A stretch of 64,000 bases of DNA, from contig OZ219790.1 of the NCBI GenBank assembly GCA_964291215.2, positions 1,696,001-1,760,000 of the forward strand. The letters are read 5' to 3'. Each line of letters opens with the position of its first letter. Within the stretch, counting starts at the first letter, position 1. Origin of the DNA: Alphaproteobacteria bacterium. GTDB lineage: Bacteria > Pseudomonadota > Alphaproteobacteria > MPNO01 > UBA830. Of the stretch, positions 43,139 through 53,806 are shown piece after piece. A model generated the notes under the pieces. That model had not been told where the DNA came from. It ran no database searches and was given only the letters and a program-made list of their open reading frames with translations. The position numbers were made by a program, and so were the translations under genes.

Positions 43139-43857
43139 CAGGTCACCGGCTTCTCGTCCTCAAAATTCCGCGCCTGCCGGCTCTCGTTGCGCGCCGTTTC
43201 GGCTCGGCAGCGCTCCCAGATATCCGGTCCGTAATATGCGGTGAAGTCGTCATGGATTCGCTGGAACGGCAGGTCGGACCAGATTCCATGGTTCGCGACA
43301 TACTGCATGTGCTTGCGTCCATGCTTGTCGAACTCTTGCAGAAGCGCGTCTTCGGCGCCGTCGAACTCGGTCGGTGTGACGTCGAACTTATCGCAGAGTT
43401 CGATATTGAATGCGGGTGCCGCCTTGACCCACTTGCCTTCGATGAGCATGACGGCATACCCGTGATGCAGGAACAGGTCCTTGCCGCCCATTGCGTCGCG
43501 AAGGCGTGGGCTGCACAGGTGGTTGGTCACGTCCGACAGTCCGATCGCGGTCGGGATGCCGGCATAGCGGGTAACGGCAGCAAGCAGGGACGCTTTCGGA
43601 ATGCAGTATGCAGCCCCGGTCTCGAGCACATCGCTGGCCTTGTAGGAGTCTGCGCGGTCGGTGATCCGGTAGGGATCGTAGCGGACGGCGTCGCGGACGG
43701 CATAAAATGCCCTGATCGCGGTTTCGCGGGCATCGGCGGCGCCGTCGACCACGCGTTCGGCGAATCCCCGGGTTGTCGGATGATCGAAGTCGAAGAACGG
43801 TGTCGGTTTCAGGTATTCGTCCGAAGGTTCCGGATATCCGGTTTCGTGAAATTCCAT
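43138..43857 (-). CDS. Transglutaminase-like protein
   Basis: FYAVRD..RYDPY, YCIPKA, HGY..WVKAAP. Confidence 0.85.
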   Translation of the reverse strand: MEFHETGYPEPSDEYLKPTPFFDFDHPTTRGFAERVVDGAADARETAIRAFYAVRDAVRYDPYRITDRADSYKASDVLETGAAYCIPKASLLAAVTRYAGIPTAIGLSDVTNHLCSPRLRDAMGGKDLFLHHGYAVMLIEGKWVKAAPAFNIELCDKFDVTPTEFDGAEDALLQEFDKHGRKHMQYVANHGIWSDLPFQRIHDDFTAYYGPDIWERCRAETARNESRQARNFEDEKPVT

Positions 43858-44116
43858 CTTGACGCCTCTGTGATCTGGGATGCCGGAACATATTGCATGG
43901 CGATGGAACCGGCAAGCCGGCAGGGACACGGTGATCCCATGCTAATTCGGAGACGCGAAATCCGAATGCGTTGGGGCTCGCGTCATCACAGATCGCCTCC
44001 TTGATCGCAATTTTTGTGCCGAGAAAGCTCTATCGAGCCTTGGCAGCACGATTGCAGCTCGACGCAAACTGTAAAAATCTCGCCAGTCGTCGCCGGATTA
44101 GCAGCGTGGGATCACC

Positions 44117-45103
44117 GTGGCTTCGGCGGACCGCACCTTGACGCCGCACCGTTTTGCTGATCGGATCGGCATTCTCCCCTGCCGTTTCCTGAGTGACGCC
44201 GCGTTGGCCGTTTCCGACAGTCCCGACAAACATCTGCCGCTCACGGGTATCCTCTGGATGGCGGCGGCGGCGCTCTGTTTTTCGGCCTCGCTGTCCCTGG
44301 TCAAGGCCCTTCAGGATTTCGGCCTGACCGTCTTCCAGGCCGTCCTCATACGCCAGGTACTGGGCCTGATCATCTTCCTGCCGGTGTTAGTGCAGAACTG
44401 GCCGGAGATCATTGGCTCCAGCGTGCTGTCAAGGCACTTCGTGCGTGCGGCGCTCGGATTCCTCGGCATGTGTTCAGCCTATTATTCCCTGTCGCTGATT
44501 CATCTCGCCGACTCGGTCGCGTTGCAGTTCACGCTCCCGTTCTTCGTGATGATCTTTGCGGTATGGATTCTTGGCGAACGCTTGCGGGCGCAGCGTATCA
44601 TCACCACAGCCATCGGGTTTGTCGGCGTCATGTTGATCATCCGGCCTGGTTTCGGCGACCTCAATTACGGCATTTTGTTCGCCCTGGCCGGGGCCGCTTT
44701 CTATGCGGCCTCTGACGTCAATGCACGCCGGCTGGCGCGTGACGACCCGCTGCCAGCAATCATGATCTGGAATTTTCTGTTCACCATTCCTCTGGCCGCG
44801 ATTCCGGGAATCGTCTGGTGGGTATCCCCGCCGGCGGACGCCTGGTGGTCGGTGCTCGCATTTGCGGTTGCCGGCGTCGGTGCCCAGTTCTGCCTGACGC
44901 GGTCTCTCGGCGTGGCGGAAGCGGGACTGGTGGCTCCGGTCCTTTTCCTCCGGCTGCCGATCATCGCTCTTGTCGGTTATCTGTGGTTCGGTCAGGACAC
45001 CGAAATCTGGACTTGGGCAGGGGCCGGCGTTATCTTCTTGGCGACGATATGGATGACACGGGCTGAGGCTGGGCGGTCGCCCCCGCAGTTGCGGAACCGG
45101 TGA
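44117..45103 (+). CDS. DMT/EamA family transporter
   Basis: About 10 TM segments, ILGER..GFVGVMLIIRPG; true start may be TTG at 44204. Confidence 0.88.
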   Translation: MASADRTLTPHRFADRIGILPCRFLSDAALAVSDSPDKHLPLTGILWMAAAALCFSASLSLVKALQDFGLTVFQAVLIRQVLGLIIFLPVLVQNWPEIIGSSVLSRHFVRAALGFLGMCSAYYSLSLIHLADSVALQFTLPFFVMIFAVWILGERLRAQRIITTAIGFVGVMLIIRPGFGDLNYGILFALAGAAFYAASDVNARRLARDDPLPAIMIWNFLFTIPLAAIPGIVWWVSPPADAWWSVLAFAVAGVGAQFCLTRSLGVAEAGLVAPVLFLRLPIIALVGYLWFGQDTEIWTWAGAGVIFLATIWMTRAEAGRSPPQLRNR

Positions 45104-45489
45104 TCGATGCCGTATCCTGCATCTTTGCTGCAGTCGCGATGATGGCCGACGGAACTGCTGCGCCGTCAAACGAGGATTCGGCGGAGCATCGGCTGCTCAA
45201 CGCCGCGAAACCATGATCGAGCAGTTTCGCGCGCGCGGCGGAGGCCGAGAAGCGGCGGCGCATCCACCGCGAGACGCACGAACAGCTGCGCAATGCCGAC
45301 CTCTACCGGGTGCAGATGCCGGTGCGCTACAGCGGTTACGAGATGCACCACCGAGGCATGCTCGACATCGCGGCCGAGATCGGGCGCGGCTGCGGATCCG
45401 CTGCGTGGATCTTCTCCAACATCGCCGCCCAGAACGGAATCGTTGCCATGGCCTCGAAGGAGGTCCAGGACGAGGTATGGGGCGATGAC
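45100..45489 (+). pseudogene. Acyl-CoA-dehydrogenase-fold flavin monooxygenase (HsaA-like), 5' fragment
   Basis: MPVRYSGYE..EIGRGCGSAAW..VQDEVWGDD, then abrupt switch to ISAs1 sequence. Confidence 0.78.
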
Positions 45490-46568
45490 TGTGATGAGAG
45501 CGACTGGTCGGCACAGGAGTTGCGCTCGATTTATCAGCACTTCAGGGCGCTTTCCGGCGCGCGCAGGGGCATCGCCTCGGTGCTGTGCGTGATGGCGCGG
45601 CTTGCGAACCGGCGCGGTGGCGCACTACGACGCAGAAGGAGCTGGAGCAGCGTGGAAGAACAGGGACAAGCCGGTCTCCACCGTGCACCGGGTGCTGCAG
45701 AACACCGACCCGGGATGGATCGAGGATGCGGCGCGCAGCCGCAGGTCGGCAACGACGGCAAGCGCGGCCGCACCGGCGAGGATCATTACGAGACGGTCTC
45801 GCTGGCACGGGGCCGGTATTCGATCCTCAACTGTCACGACGGGGAGATCGCTGCCGTCCACGCCGCGACGGCCGTCTGCTCACCCTCGACGCGCTCCACA
45901 CCACCCGCGAGGCTGATCGTCGAGACCCATCGCGCGGACTGATGGTCAAGGGCAACGCACCTTCGAGACAAGGTGATCCCATGCTTGTTGATGTGATGTG
46001 ATCTGAGTCCTGATCGCGGCGCGGGTCGACGCGTTCGAGGCTGCGATTTTGAGATTTGCTGACGTGCTGTTACGGCGCGGGGCGCGATTGGTCGGCGTAT
46101 CCGGGGCGAGCGAGAGGCCTTGGTTGCCGGGCTCGAAAGCTTGCAGTTTCTGTCGGGGAGAGAGGCGCGGTCAGCCTGGTCTTGTGATTGCGTGCAGGAC
46201 CTGCTTGCGCTTGTTGGCATAGTGGCGTCGACGAAGCTGTTGAAGGGTTTGGGCAGCTTGCGTTTGTTGCGGATGATGATTGCGAGGGTGATCGCGTTGT
46301 TTGCGGGCGCGTTCGGAGCATGGAGTCGTCTTCGCGGAAGGTGGCATCGCGGACATGATGGTGGCTCTCGACTACCCAGTGTCCGCGATTCCATGCGAGC
46401 AGCTGTTGCGGCGAGGCGCGCTCAACCGAGCATCCATGTTTCTTGGCAAGGTTTTTGCGGGTGTCTGTGGTGATGTTTTCTGTGGTTGTCCACAAGCGGT
46501 GTGGGATTTGCTCTGCGAGCGAGGCGGCATGAAGCTTGTGGTCCCGGCGGCGGGTTGCCGTCCATTGG

Positions 46569-46775
46569 TCACGTGAACGCGGCTACCTTGCCGTCCCCGG
46601 GCATGGTAACGTGACCGTCTGGGTTCCAGGTGTCCCAAGGCGGTTCGATCTCCTTGATGTCGACCTCGACGATGATCTGCAGACATTCTCCCCAAGTCGT
46701 GTCGTAGAGGGAGACTGTCGAGACAGTCCCGATCGCGCTCTCGGCAGGGGTGAGGGCCGTGTCTCCTTCGCTCAC
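46569..46775 (-). CDS. Small acidic ORF in the IS110 right end
   Basis: 68 aa; homologs at 52594-52794 (open) and 7828-8020 (frameshifted). Confidence 0.4.
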   Translation of the reverse strand: MSEGDTALTPAESAIGTVSTVSLYDTTWGECLQIIVEVDIKEIEPPWDTWNPDGHVTMPGDGKVAAFT

Positions 46776-47577
46776 TCACCGGTGCTTCAGGCAACGCTGC
46801 TGTCGCAGCAAGGTGTTCGCCAGAGCTTGCGCATCACGGCGACAATCGCGACCTTGTGGGCCTTGCCGGCAGTCTTGAGGCGCACCAGGTCCGCGTTGAA
46901 GCGTGCCGGTTGCGGCCATGAACAGGAGATCGCGTGGCCTTCGGCGCCCGCCACGGATGTGCCGAGCACCGTGGTCGTTGGCCATCGGCGCCACCCCGAT
47001 CAAGGCTGCCGCCTGCCGACGGTCGAGACTGCCGAGTTCGGGCATCCAGAAGGGCCGCGGCAGTCACCGGACCGGGGATCGAGGTCAGGATGGCGTACCT
47101 CTCGGCTTGCTCGGGATCACCGGCGATCACCGCTTTGATTGCCGCGCCGGCAATGCGATCATTGAGATCGGCCGCCGAGGCCCTTGTGACGGTCTCGCCA
47201 TCCACCTCATCTGCCACCTGCTTGGCGTCGACAAGCGCGGCATCAAGAGATCCTCCAGGCTCTTGAGGAAGGCATCCTGAGGAGCCACAGGCTCAAGATC
47301 GCCCAGCCGATCTTGGCTAGCGCGTCGACGCGGTCGGTCTTCGCCAGATGGCCCATCGCCTCGGCGAAGCCCGCAACGGGTTGACGAGAATAACCTCGAA
47401 GCCCCGGTCATGAAGACACTGGTGAACCTTGCGGTGATAGCGGCCTGTCGCCCACCACCCGGCTCACCCCGAGGCCGCGAAGCCACCTGCCCGTGGCGTC
47501 GTTCGCAAAACAATGCCCGCCGCACAGATGTCCAGACTGGCTGACCCCTGCTACTATCTTGACCATCGTCCCTTGCT

Positions 47578-47750
47578 CCTCGCCTTACGATGATACGGGT
47601 TCAAACCCAAGCATCCAGCGAGGGACGTCAAGGGAGGTTGGCCGACCACACTCGGTCGCGGCTCTGTCAAGGTCAAAACGGCAACCTCCGCGGAGATCGT
47701 TTGATCCCCGCACCCCGCTCCCCTGTGCGTGTTCGCTCAGGGGAGCGGAA
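47578..47750 (-). ncRNA. Putative IS110 bridge RNA, copy 2 (boundaries approximate)
   Basis: Same scaffold as copy 1; target guides UGACCU and CGACCGAG match the ISAs1 site TGAC-CT-CGGTCG. Confidence 0.78.
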
Positions 47751-49006
47751 TCTCTCTGCAACCATAGACCGGACGCTCTCCCACAGATCCACATTTTCCC
47801 GCCCCCAACTGCTGTGGATGATTGCATCATCAAGGGGACAAAACCTAGTCATATGGCGTATTCGGTTGTCCGTTTTCCGGATTTCTTGAATTCGACGCGC
47901 CGGGTGACGCGGAAGATCTGCTAGTTGATCATCTTCGCCAGCGGGGTGAAGATGGTGCGCTGGCGGCCATGCGCGGGCTTTTCGTTGTAGCGCTGGCGGT
48001 CTTCCAGTTGATGCTCTCTCGAAGGTGCGTTGCCCTTGACCATCAGTCCGCGCGATGGGTCTCGATGATCAGCCGCGCGGGTGGTGTGGAGCGCGTCGAG
48101 GGTGAGCAGACGGCCGGCAACCGGCGCCGTCGCGGCGTGGACGGCAGCGATCTCCCCGTCGTAATAGTTGAGGATCGAAACCGGCATACCGGTCCCGTGC
48201 CAGCGAGACCGTCTCGTAATGATCCTCGCCGGTGCGGCCGCGGATGCGCTTGCCGTCGACCGCGTTGCCGACTTCCGGGCGCGGCTGCGCGCCACATCCT
48301 CGATCCATCCCGGGTCGGTGTTCTGCAGCACCCGGTGCACGGTCGATTTGGAAACCGGCTTGTCCCTGTTCTTCCATGCTGCTCCAGCTCCTTCTGCGTC
48401 GTAGTGCGCCGCCGCGCCGGTTCGCAAGCCGCGCCATCACGCACAGCACCGAGGCGATGCGGTGCCCCTGCGCACGCCGGAAAGCGCCGCTGATAAATCG
48501 AGCGCAACTCCTGCGCCGACCAGCGGCGCCCGCAACTCCCACGCCACAGGAAGCGGCGAACGATCCCGTAGCCGACGTCACGACGCAGCGGAAACACGTA
48601 AAGATCCTTCGCCTCCCCGGTCGGTATAGCGCCCGCTGGCGCGCGCATAGCTCCTGCCAACGCACTCCCAGTTCGCTGCCTTGTACATGGTGCCGCTGAA
48701 CTTCGTCGGCGAGACAAACGACTCCGCAACAAGTAACGGATGGCGCAGCCTCCCAGTCGCCGCCGCACCATCCGCGACAACGCAAACGAGGCAAGGCCCG
48801 GAAACGACCACCAAGAACAACAAACCTCGTGTTGTTCCCGGCAACCGCCTGAACTGTTCCTCGCGGCGCCAGCCAATCCAACGGGTGCGCAGCTGAGGGC
48901 GCCCGTCTGCCAGCCCGCAGCGCCAATCCACCGCCCGCGCCAAGTGAACACGTAGCGCAGACCTCGACCGGCAAACTGCTTGAAACCAAGAGTATCTACT
49001 CACCCC

Positions 49007-49209
49007 TAGTGTTATGTCCCGTAAATACGCGCATATAATCTTTCAAGCTTGTCGAAGATCGAATCTGCGGTTACGACCCATACGAAAGGGGATGTGGATT
49101 TTCGGTGGGCAACCAGAGGGGAAGTTGGCGGCCGCGGGGCATATCGAAAGGCCTCCTGTTGCGAGAGAGACCGAAAATATATCACACTTATTTACGGGAC
49201 ACTACACTA
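49007..49209. mobile_element. MITE-like element (~200 bp)
   Basis: IRs TAGTGTTATGTCCCGTAAATA / TATTTACGGGACACTACACTA; no transposase. Confidence 0.75.
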
Positions 49210-50046
49210 GGTTGTGGACTCAAATAATTGGTTTGCGATTCTGCGGAGCAAGAATCGGCTGGCAGCCAGTTGCACGGCGGAGAGGAAGTTCCGTGCGGTC
49301 TTGAAGAACCGCTCGACCAGGTTGCGCATCCTATAGATCTCGCGGTCGAGCGGCCGTGGCGATGTCCGGTTGGATTTCGACGGAACGACCGCGGTTGCTC
49401 CTGCCGTCTCGATCAGATGGCGTCGGTGTCGCAGGCCTTGTCGCCGACCACCGTCTCGCCATGCTCGAGGTCGGCGAGAAGCGCCTCCGCCTGCGCGCAG
49501 TCGGCCGCCTGGCCCGGGGTCAGGAACACGGTCTTCACCCTCTCGTTCTCGTCGATGCCAAGATGGACCTTCGTCGTTCGTCCGCCACGGCTCAGCCCGA
49601 TTTGCGAAGGCTCGTCGTCCCGGGACGCCCCAGCACCGTGCTTGTGAACGCGCACCGACGAGGAGTCGACCATGCGCAGATGAACCGGCGGGCCATCGTC
49701 GCTCCCGTCATCATCGCTCGTAAGCCTTTGAAGCTTCTCCATGATCGACGCCCAGGTGCCGTTCTTGCTCCACCGGTTGAAGCGGTTGAAGCAGGTCGTG
49801 TACGGACCATACCGCTCCGGCAGATCGCGCCACGGCGTACCGGTGCGAAGCACGAAGAATATCCCGTTCATGACCCTCCGGTCATGCACCCGCTCCGGGC
49901 CCTGGTGCTTATCGGGAAGCGCCGAGCGGAGAACCTCCCATTCCGCGTCGCGTGTCGGTCGCCGCTCATCCTTCACTCTCCTTGTGGATCGCTTTTGACA
50001 AGACATGACAGATCGTGCAAAAATGTCAACATTTGGGTACACACCC
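49210..50046 (-). mobile_element. IS5-family (IS427-like) element, decayed
   Basis: DRRVMNGIFFVLRTGTPWRDLPERYG..NRFNRW, MVDSSSVRVH, SRGGRTTKVH, GDKA.D; IRs flanked by CTAG. Confidence 0.88.
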
Positions 50047-51334
50047 TAGTTGGGTTCTGATTGGTCGTAGTTCTCGTTGATGATGTCTGCGGCTTTTCCG
50101 TCGAGGGCGATCTGGGTGGCGACGTGATGATTGTAGCCGAGTGCGGCCATGGAGGTGAGGTAGCTTGAGCCCCGGCACCATGCTTTTGCGTGGAGCGGAA
50201 GCATCCGGACACCTTGACCTTTGCCATCCTGATCTTCTGTTCTCCGGCATTGTTGGTGAAGCTGACGTCGGGGTTGTCTATGAAGCGCAGGTTTTCGTGT
50301 TTCACGAGACGTTCGTGCAGGTTGTGCGCGTTTGCTATGCGTCCACGTTTTCCTTTCGTCGGCGGCGGGATGTCGGGCAGTTCCTTGGCGCCCTGATGGT
50401 GCGGTAGCGCTTGCGCCCGGCGTCGTTCAGGGTCTTGGATGCGCTCTTGTTGATCTTGTGGCAGACCTCGCGGAGCAGGCTCTTCATCAGTCGCGCCCAG
50501 CGGTAGCCTCGACGACAAAGGTCAGTTCGCGCAGCAGGTGGCTGCCGCACAGCTGGTGGCTACACTGGCCCATGTACGAGGCCCAGGACGCCCTTGTAAC
50601 ACGGGATGATGCCGATCTCTTGCCTCCCGGCCGCGCTTGCGGTGCGGGAACTTGCACGTCAGGGTCCCACGACATGAAGCCACTTACTGTTGATCCGAAA
50701 TCCGGTCTCGTCGACATGCAGGGCCGGGCGTTGCAGGAGGTGCGCCACGGCGGCCTCCTCCCATGACGCATCGTGAAAGCATAGCCGAGGCCTCGGAGAG
50801 CTTGATGCCGGAGATCGCTTGCACGAACGCGACGGCACGGCGCAGGGACAGCATCTGGGCGACCAGCAGGTTGATGACGAGGGCCTGAATGCCGATGCCG
50901 TACTGCACGGGATGTTGTCGGGGAACCGGCCCTTGGTCCGGGCCTTGCACTTCGGGCATTCCTTGATCTCGGCGCGGCGCTCGACGACCTCGAACACGAT
51001 GTCATAGAGGACGCGGCGCTCCCGATCGACGGGGCCGTTGATGTCGGCGCCGCAGGCGTCGCAGGCCGCGACCGTCTCCTCGACGATGGTCTTGCGCAGG
51101 TTGTCGCCCATCTGCCGGTTCGGCTTCGGGCCCTTGCTCCCGGCACGCTCTTGTCCGTCTGTGACGGCGGCAGACCGGAGTTCCGGCTCGTGCGTGGTCT
51201 TCTCCAGAAGGACGACGATGAGGATGTCGAGCAGGATGACGAGGACGCGGATGACGGCTTTTTCCGCCACCTTGCCGGCAGCGCCGCGATCTTGGCCGCT
51301 TCGAACTCCTCGCGCGCCGCGTTGACCGTCGCCA

Positions 51335-51463
51335 TCACCCGGCCTTGCGCTTCATCAGCGCGCCGCCTCCGAGATGCGTTTCCACATACAGATCATGCGG
51401 GTGCTGGAGCCCCGGAAGTAGCTGGCCCAGCCCGCTCGTCGCCTTCGATCCAAAGTAGCCCAC
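51335..51463 (-). pseudogene. Dam-like DNA methyltransferase N-terminal fragment
   Basis: GYFGSKATSGL..PHDLYVETHLGGGALMKRK; stop overlaps the transposase ATG; second copy at 61230-61358. Confidence 0.7.
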
Positions 51464-51965
51464 TGGCGGTCCCCGTCGTTCTCGATGACCACCACTAAGC
51501 GAATCGGCATGCAGTGTCAAATCTCCACGAAAACCCGTTCGTTGCTCTACCCCGACATCAAGCCGGAACTAGGGGGTGAGCAGTTACAACCAAGATACGG
51601 TCAACAACACGGTTCCAGCGACATCAGGCCGCGCAAGGCGCACAACCACATCCCGGAGCTCAAAACCCTCCGGAGTCGTCTCAAAAAAATCCGCTGCCCC
51701 CACGACAACGGATACTACGCCGCTTCACAAAAAGCCAGCGAAAATGCGAATCATCCTGAACAAGCAAAACCGACCCTTCCAACAAACCTAGCGTGGGATC
51801 GCCGTGCTTGGAGGTCAGGACTTTCTCACGCTGCATTCGATCTTGTCGACTGCTGATGGAGGGAGGTTGTACAACCTGCCGGGTTTTCTAGCTTCGGGGC
51901 CATCCGCGGTCGTCGCCGGCGGCGTTGCCGGTGCGCGGGCGGGTTGTTTTCGGGATGTAGGCGGG

Positions 51966-52935
51966 TTGTGGGCGACAGGCCGCTATCACCGCAAGGTTCA
52001 CCAGTGTCTTCATGACCGGAGCTTCGAGGTTATTCTCGTCAACCCGTTGCGGGCTTCGCCGAGGCGATGGGCCAACCGCGTCGACGCCAAGATCGGCTGG
52101 GCGATCTTGAGCCTGTGGCTCCGCCTTCCTCAAGAGCTTGGAGGATCTCCTGGTGCCGCGCTTGTCGACGCCAAGCAGGTGGCAGATGAGGTGGATGGCG
52201 AGACCGTCACAAGGGCCTCAGCGGCCGATCTCGATGACCACATTGCCGGCGCGGCGATCAAAGCGGTGATCGCCGGTGATCCCGAGCAGAGGTACGCCAT
52301 CCTGACCTCGATCCGGTGACCGCCGCGGCCCTGCTGGATGCCCGAACTCGGCAGCGTCGGCAGCCTTGATCGGGGTGGCGCCGATGGCCAACGACCACGG
52401 TGCTCGGCACATCCGTGGCGGGCGCCGAAGGCCACGTGATCTCCTGTTCATGGCCGCAACCGGCACGCTTCAACGCGGACCTGATGCGCCTCAAGACTGC
52501 CGGCAAGGCCCACAAGGTCGCGATTGTCGCCGTGATGCGCAAGCTCTGGCGAACACCTTGCTGCGACAGCAGCGTTGCCTGAAGCACCGGTGAGTGAGCG
52601 AAGGAGACACGGCCCTCACCCCTGCCGAGAGCGCGATCGGGACTGTATCGACAGTCTCCCTCTACGACACGACTTGGGGAGAATGTCTGCAGATCATCGT
52701 CGAGGCCGACATCGAGGAGATCGAACCGTCTTGGGACACCTGGAACCCGGACGGTCACGTGCCCGGGGACGGCAAGGTAGCCGCGTTCACGTGACCAATG
52801 GACGGCAACCCGCCGCCGGGACCACAAGCTTCATGTCGCCTCGCTCGCAGAGCAAATCCCACACCACTTGTGGACAACCACAGAAAACATCACCACAGAC
52901 ACCCGCAAAAAACCTTGCCAAGAAACATGGATGCT
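51966..52935 (+). mobile_element. IS110 element copy 3 (5'-truncated, bridge region lost)
   Basis: Recombinase remnant to 52582; right junction GATG-CT-CGGTCGAG into ISAs1 copy C. Confidence 0.82.
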
Positions 52936-53806
52936 CGGTCGAGCGCGCCTCGCCGCAACAGTTGCTCGCATGGAATCGCGGACACCGGGGGGGGGGGAGC
53001 GAGAGCCATCATCATGTCCGCGACGCCACCTTCCGTGAAGACGACCCCATGCTCCGAACGCGCCCGCAAACAACGCGATCACCCTCGCAATCGCCGTCAT
53101 CATCCACAACAAGCTCCCCAAACTCTTCAACAGCTTCCCACCATGCCGACAAGCGCAGACAGATCCTGCACGCAATCACAAGACCAAGCTGACCGCGCCT
53201 CTCTCCCCGACAGAAACCGCAAGCTTTCGAGCCCGGCAACCAAACCCGGCAGGCCTCTCGCCCGCCCCGGATACGCAGACCAATCGCGCCCCGCGCCGCA
53301 ACAGCGCGTCAGCAAATCTCAAAATCGCAGCCTCGAACGCGTCGACCCGCGCCGCGATCAGGACTCCGATCACATCACATCAACAAGCATGAGATCACCT
53401 TGGCAGGCTCCGAAGAACCCTTGTTCGCCGCCTTCAACGGTAGTATGGCCGGATCTGACTTCTCGTTCATCATCGGTTTGCGGATTAGTTCCTTTCCTCT
53501 GCGGCCCCTCCACGACAGAGGGGCAATTGAAAGACCTCCCAAGTCCCTGCTTCGGCGCGTGCCATGGTTCTCGGACCCCGCGGAGCCCCTGCTCGCCTCA
53601 CCAAAACGGCTCGCAGGGTGTTGCCTTCGGCCAAACGGACGACCTCGGCACTCCGGTTTCATAGCATCTCGTGGCTCAATAGCCCGGCCCACGCCTGCCG
53701 CTCCCCAACGCTTCGCCTGACGCCTCACGACGCATGGTTCACGGAGAAAGTGGTGGTTAGCCTCTCTTCCTGCCGGGACTTGCACCCGACAACATTCCAC
53801 CAGTTA

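Larger units (their letters stand above)
46429..47854 (-). mobile_element. IS110 element copy 2 (recombinase pseudogene 46787-47566)
   Basis: Same ends as copy 1; right junction GATG-CT-CGGTTG; left core removed by an inferred 8-bp deletion. Confidence 0.85.
48992..51587 (-). mobile_element. IS66-family element with Dam-like N-terminal fragment (decayed)
   Basis: IRs GTATCTACTCACCCC / GGGGTGAGCAGTTAC; 8-bp TSD AACCAAGA; LHVDETG, LCGSHLLREL, FTNNAGEQKIRMAKVK. Confidence 0.88.
45969..51806 (-). mobile_element. DUF4338-ISAs1 copy B, containing IS110 copy 2 and an IS66
   Basis: Both IRs present; sequence resumes correctly across each nested element. Confidence 0.82.
45490..53402 (+). mobile_element. 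DUF4338-ISAs1 copy C (5'-truncated, split by nested insertions; own sequence at 45490-45968 and 52936-53402)
   Basis: Near-identity to copy A; right IR GCATGAGATCACCTTG. Confidence 0.75.
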
